From contig CP089279.1 in assembly GCA_023920165.1 (NCBI GenBank), forward strand, positions 1,054,001 to 1,118,000: a DNA stretch of 64,000 nt, given 5' to 3'. Positions 60,501 through 64,000 of this stretch are shown here, piece after piece. This DNA comes from Curvularia clavata (lineage: Eukaryota). Below the pieces are notes generated by a model. That model searched no databases. It was not told where the DNA came from and worked only from the letters and a program-made list of their open reading frames with translations. The number at the start of each line of letters is the position of its first letter. Position 1 is the first letter of the stretch. The translations under genes were made by a program, and so were the position numbers.

Positions 60501-62155
60501 GCATAACAGGAGAATAAAGAAAACGAGCACTTCCATCCATCAGTTATGCACAACCTCACAAAGCACTACCGAACCGAAACCTATTTTTACCAAAAAAAAA
60601 GTACGAGTACGTATGCAGAGACCGTCATCGCGTCAATCTTACACAATCGGATTCTCCTTATCCATCCTACTTTCATATCTGATCACTCCATCCCATTTTA
60701 TGCCTGTCTCGGCACTAACATAAGTACCGAACACGTCTTAATACGGCCGAACTCCCCCAGCACCGCTATCGGAACAATGATGTGCACAAGGTCCAACACA
60801 GACTGTCGATCTCCAAGTACCGAATGCAGTACCGCATCGCGAGCATCCAACGTAAAAGGGGCGAATCCATCCATGGATAGAGACGCAAGATAGGTTAGCC
60901 CGATCTTCTCATCGTATTCGCAGCGCCTCGATGAGGTCCAGACTATCTAAAAAGGCAGGTAGGTCACAAGTAGATACACAGTAGTCTTAGTGTACTTTTA
61001 TGCTATTATCTGAGTACAAACATAGTACATGTGTACGCCAGCATCACGCCACGGAAAAGGGCCTTATTTTCCTCAGCGCTAATATGTCGAATAAACAGCC
61101 ACAAAATTTCGAAAGAGCCGTTGACACGGTGCGGGCCGAATTACCCAGGTCTTTAGTTTCTTTTGTTGATGGAAGTTTCCGCCAGTCAGCGGAAGCTGCG
61201 TGCCGGTGTCTGAGTAATAGTGAAGAAACAAGTCGATGGAAATGCACATACGGTGCAGTTATGTGTAGTCGTGTTTGCATGCACGCGACATTGAGCCGCA
61301 CCCCTGATCTACCTACCTGCACTCCAAGTCCCACCAACTTATCCTTATACACCCGCCATCCTCTCTTCGTCCCCTCTACGGAGTACAGCGCCCTCATCTC
61401 CACCCCGCCACTTGCCTAACCATCAACACCCCTACCCCCATTCCCTGCGCAAATCCCTTCCCCCCGCTCCACCTTCTCCTTCATCTCGCACCCATCATCT
61501 CCCTCCCTCGCATCACATCCCCCTTCATCTCGCCTTTCTGTCCCTTGTAAAATTGAACTTACCACCCCCGTCTGCGCACGTATGCACTTTGTTTCATGTC
61601 AAGAAGGGCAGATGGTGGTCTGTGTGTAGTCGTGTTTCGAAACGGACAGGGGGCGTGGCGTCAGACACGGACACATGGACACATGGACACACAGACGTGG
61701 AAGGCAGGCGGGGCGGGCGGTGGACAGCGGTGATGAAGGGAGGATGGAATGGTGCGATAGAGAGGGAGCGGGAATGAGAGCGGGAGAAATAAATGAAGGA
61801 ATGCAGAAGTAGGTTTAACTAGCAGTGGAAGGAAGGAGAGAATTTGGCGGCGGGAAAAAAGCAAGCAAGGAAAGATGGTAACTAACAATACTAAAGCAAC
61901 TTTGTCCGTGTGCTAGAGAGGGGTGTATGAATTCCTGCCTAAGGACAAAAGAGTATACTATACCCAGTTCAACCATAGCAAGCGTATGGAAAAAACACCT
62001 ATACAAGATACGTCTAAATTCGTAGACTATATCCACAACCTACAACCTACATCCAAGCATCCCAACACCCTACCCAACTTTCATACTCTGCATCCAAAAC
62101 ATTCATATAATCGTGCCACCTCTGCCCTTCCCAAAACCCCTCCACTTCCCGTCCT

Positions 62156-62190
62156 CAGTCCAGTCCAGTCCAGTCCAATCCACTCCACTC
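62156..62190. repeat. (CAGTC)n pentanucleotide repeat, degenerating to CAATC/CACTC
   Basis: cagtccagtccagtccagtccaatccactccactc read directly. Confidence 0.8.
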
Positions 62191-63602
62191 CTTCGGCCCC
62201 CCCAAAACCGCGTTCGTCACCGCACACGCGGTTTTACACGTACGTGCTCCATATGCCACCGGCTCCATAATAATTTTTCCGTCCGTCTTTTGTCTAGGAC
62301 TCACCGAGCCCGTCCCCATGCCGTCCGCAACAAGCATGTTTTTTTTTATTTCACCGCAGAATTGCTCTGATGTAGGGTCGCGTGCGTGGTTAATTAATTC
62401 AATATCCCGTGGTCCCGGTGGGCGGAGTTTGTCGTGTATATAAGGCTGTTGCCAAGACGACTTTTATATGGATATATGTGTTTATTTGAAAGAGTGGGGT
62501 GGGGTGGGAAAACACAGAGAGAAAAGATGCCCCATTTTTGCCGGTTAGCCTTTTGCCGGTTTGAGCTATTATGGCAAAAAAACAAACTGCGGGACGTTGA
62601 GATTGAAAAATGCTGATAAGAACGATAAACAAATGTTGCGATAGATGACCAGGCGTCATGACATCACCAAGTAGTAGCCTGCCTGTGTGAAATTGAAATA
62701 CCAATATTTTTTTGAACGATGAACAAGATATTCCAATTTACGTTGTAGTACTAGTAGTTTTGAAACTTTCAAAGACAATCCGACGTCACCAAATGTAAGC
62801 GTCTAAATGCCTCTTCTAGTAGGAACCTTCTTGTCCCGCGCGAAAATTTGACCCTTTGAAATCACACTTTCTCCTTCTCTCTCACTCTTTCTGGCCCCCT
62901 CCGACTAGATTAACCGTCCGACCCGACTTTTCCCCCCTTTGCCGAAAAAAGGTATCACTTTCCAAACCATGACCGTAGTAGGAGATGACCAAAACCAAGG
63001 AAAATAAAAAAGGCGGGGTAATAGAAAGAAGTCCCGCCGGCCGACTCTCTCTCCGAAGATGGAAGGAGGGGGCTAGAAGAAAAAAAAGGTCGAGGAGAGG
63101 AAGACAACCGAGTCCTGAGACATTGCATGTTTCAAGATCCGTCACCGCCCCCCTCTCCCGGCCCAACGTGAAAGATTGTTGTTTGTCCGTCTCTTATCCT
63201 CTCATTCAAGCTCATGTGAAGCATAACCCAGGGAAAATGAGACCAGAAAACCGGTTGACCTAAGATTGGTACAAGGAAATCGGACATGGGAAAGTAAAAT
63301 AAAGGTTGCGTGTGTCTGGGGGGTATAACCCTGGCGTGCCCAAAAATAAGACTGCTGGTGCTGTCACGAATAACGTATGAAACTGCTGGCGCACAAATCC
63401 CAATAAATAATGCCGAGTCGAAGGGGGTAAATGAACAACACCTGGCAGGCGTGTGTTGAAATGGAACCAAGTAAAACGAAGCGAGGGTGGTGCACTACGG
63501 ACATGATGAACACCAATATGCGCCATGATGGAGATAAGGAAAGATTACAGTAAACAGCAAGTAAAAAGAAGAAAACATTGGCGAATGTGGCAGAAACAAA
63601 CA

Positions 63603-64000
63603 TTATGAGTGAAACAGATCCCAAGCTCTTGCACATAGGCCAATGAATTCTTCCTTCTTCCTTAGCTGGGTTTCTGGCGAGTCCCGGCCAGCGCCAAAGG
63701 GACCAAGACGAGGCTGTTGGCGGCCCAGCGGAGGAGTGCCATTGTCTTGCTCGTACTCATCGCGGCCACGTCGCCGCGAGCTAGAGCTGCGCTGCGATTC
63801 TGGACGGACATGGTGTGCTGACGAGGCGTTCTTATTGGGCATTGGCGATGGGGGTGTTGGTGGTTGGTGGCCACCGTAGTGGACCAATCGGGGCAAGAGA
63901 TCCTCACGGCCACCCGCCATTTGCTGAACCGCCTCCTCGGCCGACTTGTACTCACGAGGCCTTGATGTTGGGGGAGGCTGGGTAAACTGTGGTGGTGGGA
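63603..64000 (-). CDS. 3' end of an unidentified Pro-rich protein (starts outside window)
   Basis: Frame is open to the window edge: PPPQFTQPPPTSRPREYKSAEEAVQQMAGGREDLLPRLVHY..KKEEFIGLCARAWDLFHS*. A long T-rich (minus strand) 3' region follows. Confidence 0.7.
   Translation of the reverse strand, partial: PPPQFTQPPPTSRPREYKSAEEAVQQMAGGREDLLPRLVHYGGHQPPTPPSPMPNKNASSAHHVRPESQRSSSSRRRGRDEYEQDNGTPPLGRQQPRLGPFGAGRDSPETQLRKKEEFIGLCARAWDLFHS

Noticed and set aside
1..64000. CRISPR arrays, rRNA genes, prokaryotic operons
   Set aside because: Eukaryotic intron-containing locus; no repeat-spacer structure or rRNA sequence seen.

Overview
Eukaryotic, intron-containing DNA from a filamentous ascomycete. 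Short GT..CTRAC..YAG introns and the gene content suggest a Dothideomycete (Pleosporales-like), but this taxonomy is inferred. About 24 protein genes are supported. Housekeeping genes: SelO/FMP40, ORC5, TAD3, RNase H1, 6-phosphofructo-2-kinase, TRS120, PMP47-like carrier, SCD6/LSM14, PEX39-like KPWE protein, Abp2. Transporters: an APC amino-acid permease, three MFS proteins and an NCS1 permease. Others: a cyclase-family hydrolase, an APH/EcKL-like kinase, a GNAT, a PTH11-like receptor, a 1715-aa sacsin-type GHKL ATPase ending in a Wss1-like HExxH motif, and a HET-NACHT-ankyrin NLR-like gene. Non-coding genes: an intron-containing tRNA-Thr(UGU) and a box C/D snoRNA (snR52-like, 18S Am420 guide) inside a long SCD6 intron. 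The most notable items are the intronic snoRNA, the GHKL-ATPase/protease fusion, the NLR sitting between housekeeping genes, and a possible non-AUG mitochondrial RNase H1 isoform with an overlapping uORF. No transposon, CRISPR array or rRNA was found. All family calls come from motif recognition by eye; no database searches were run.
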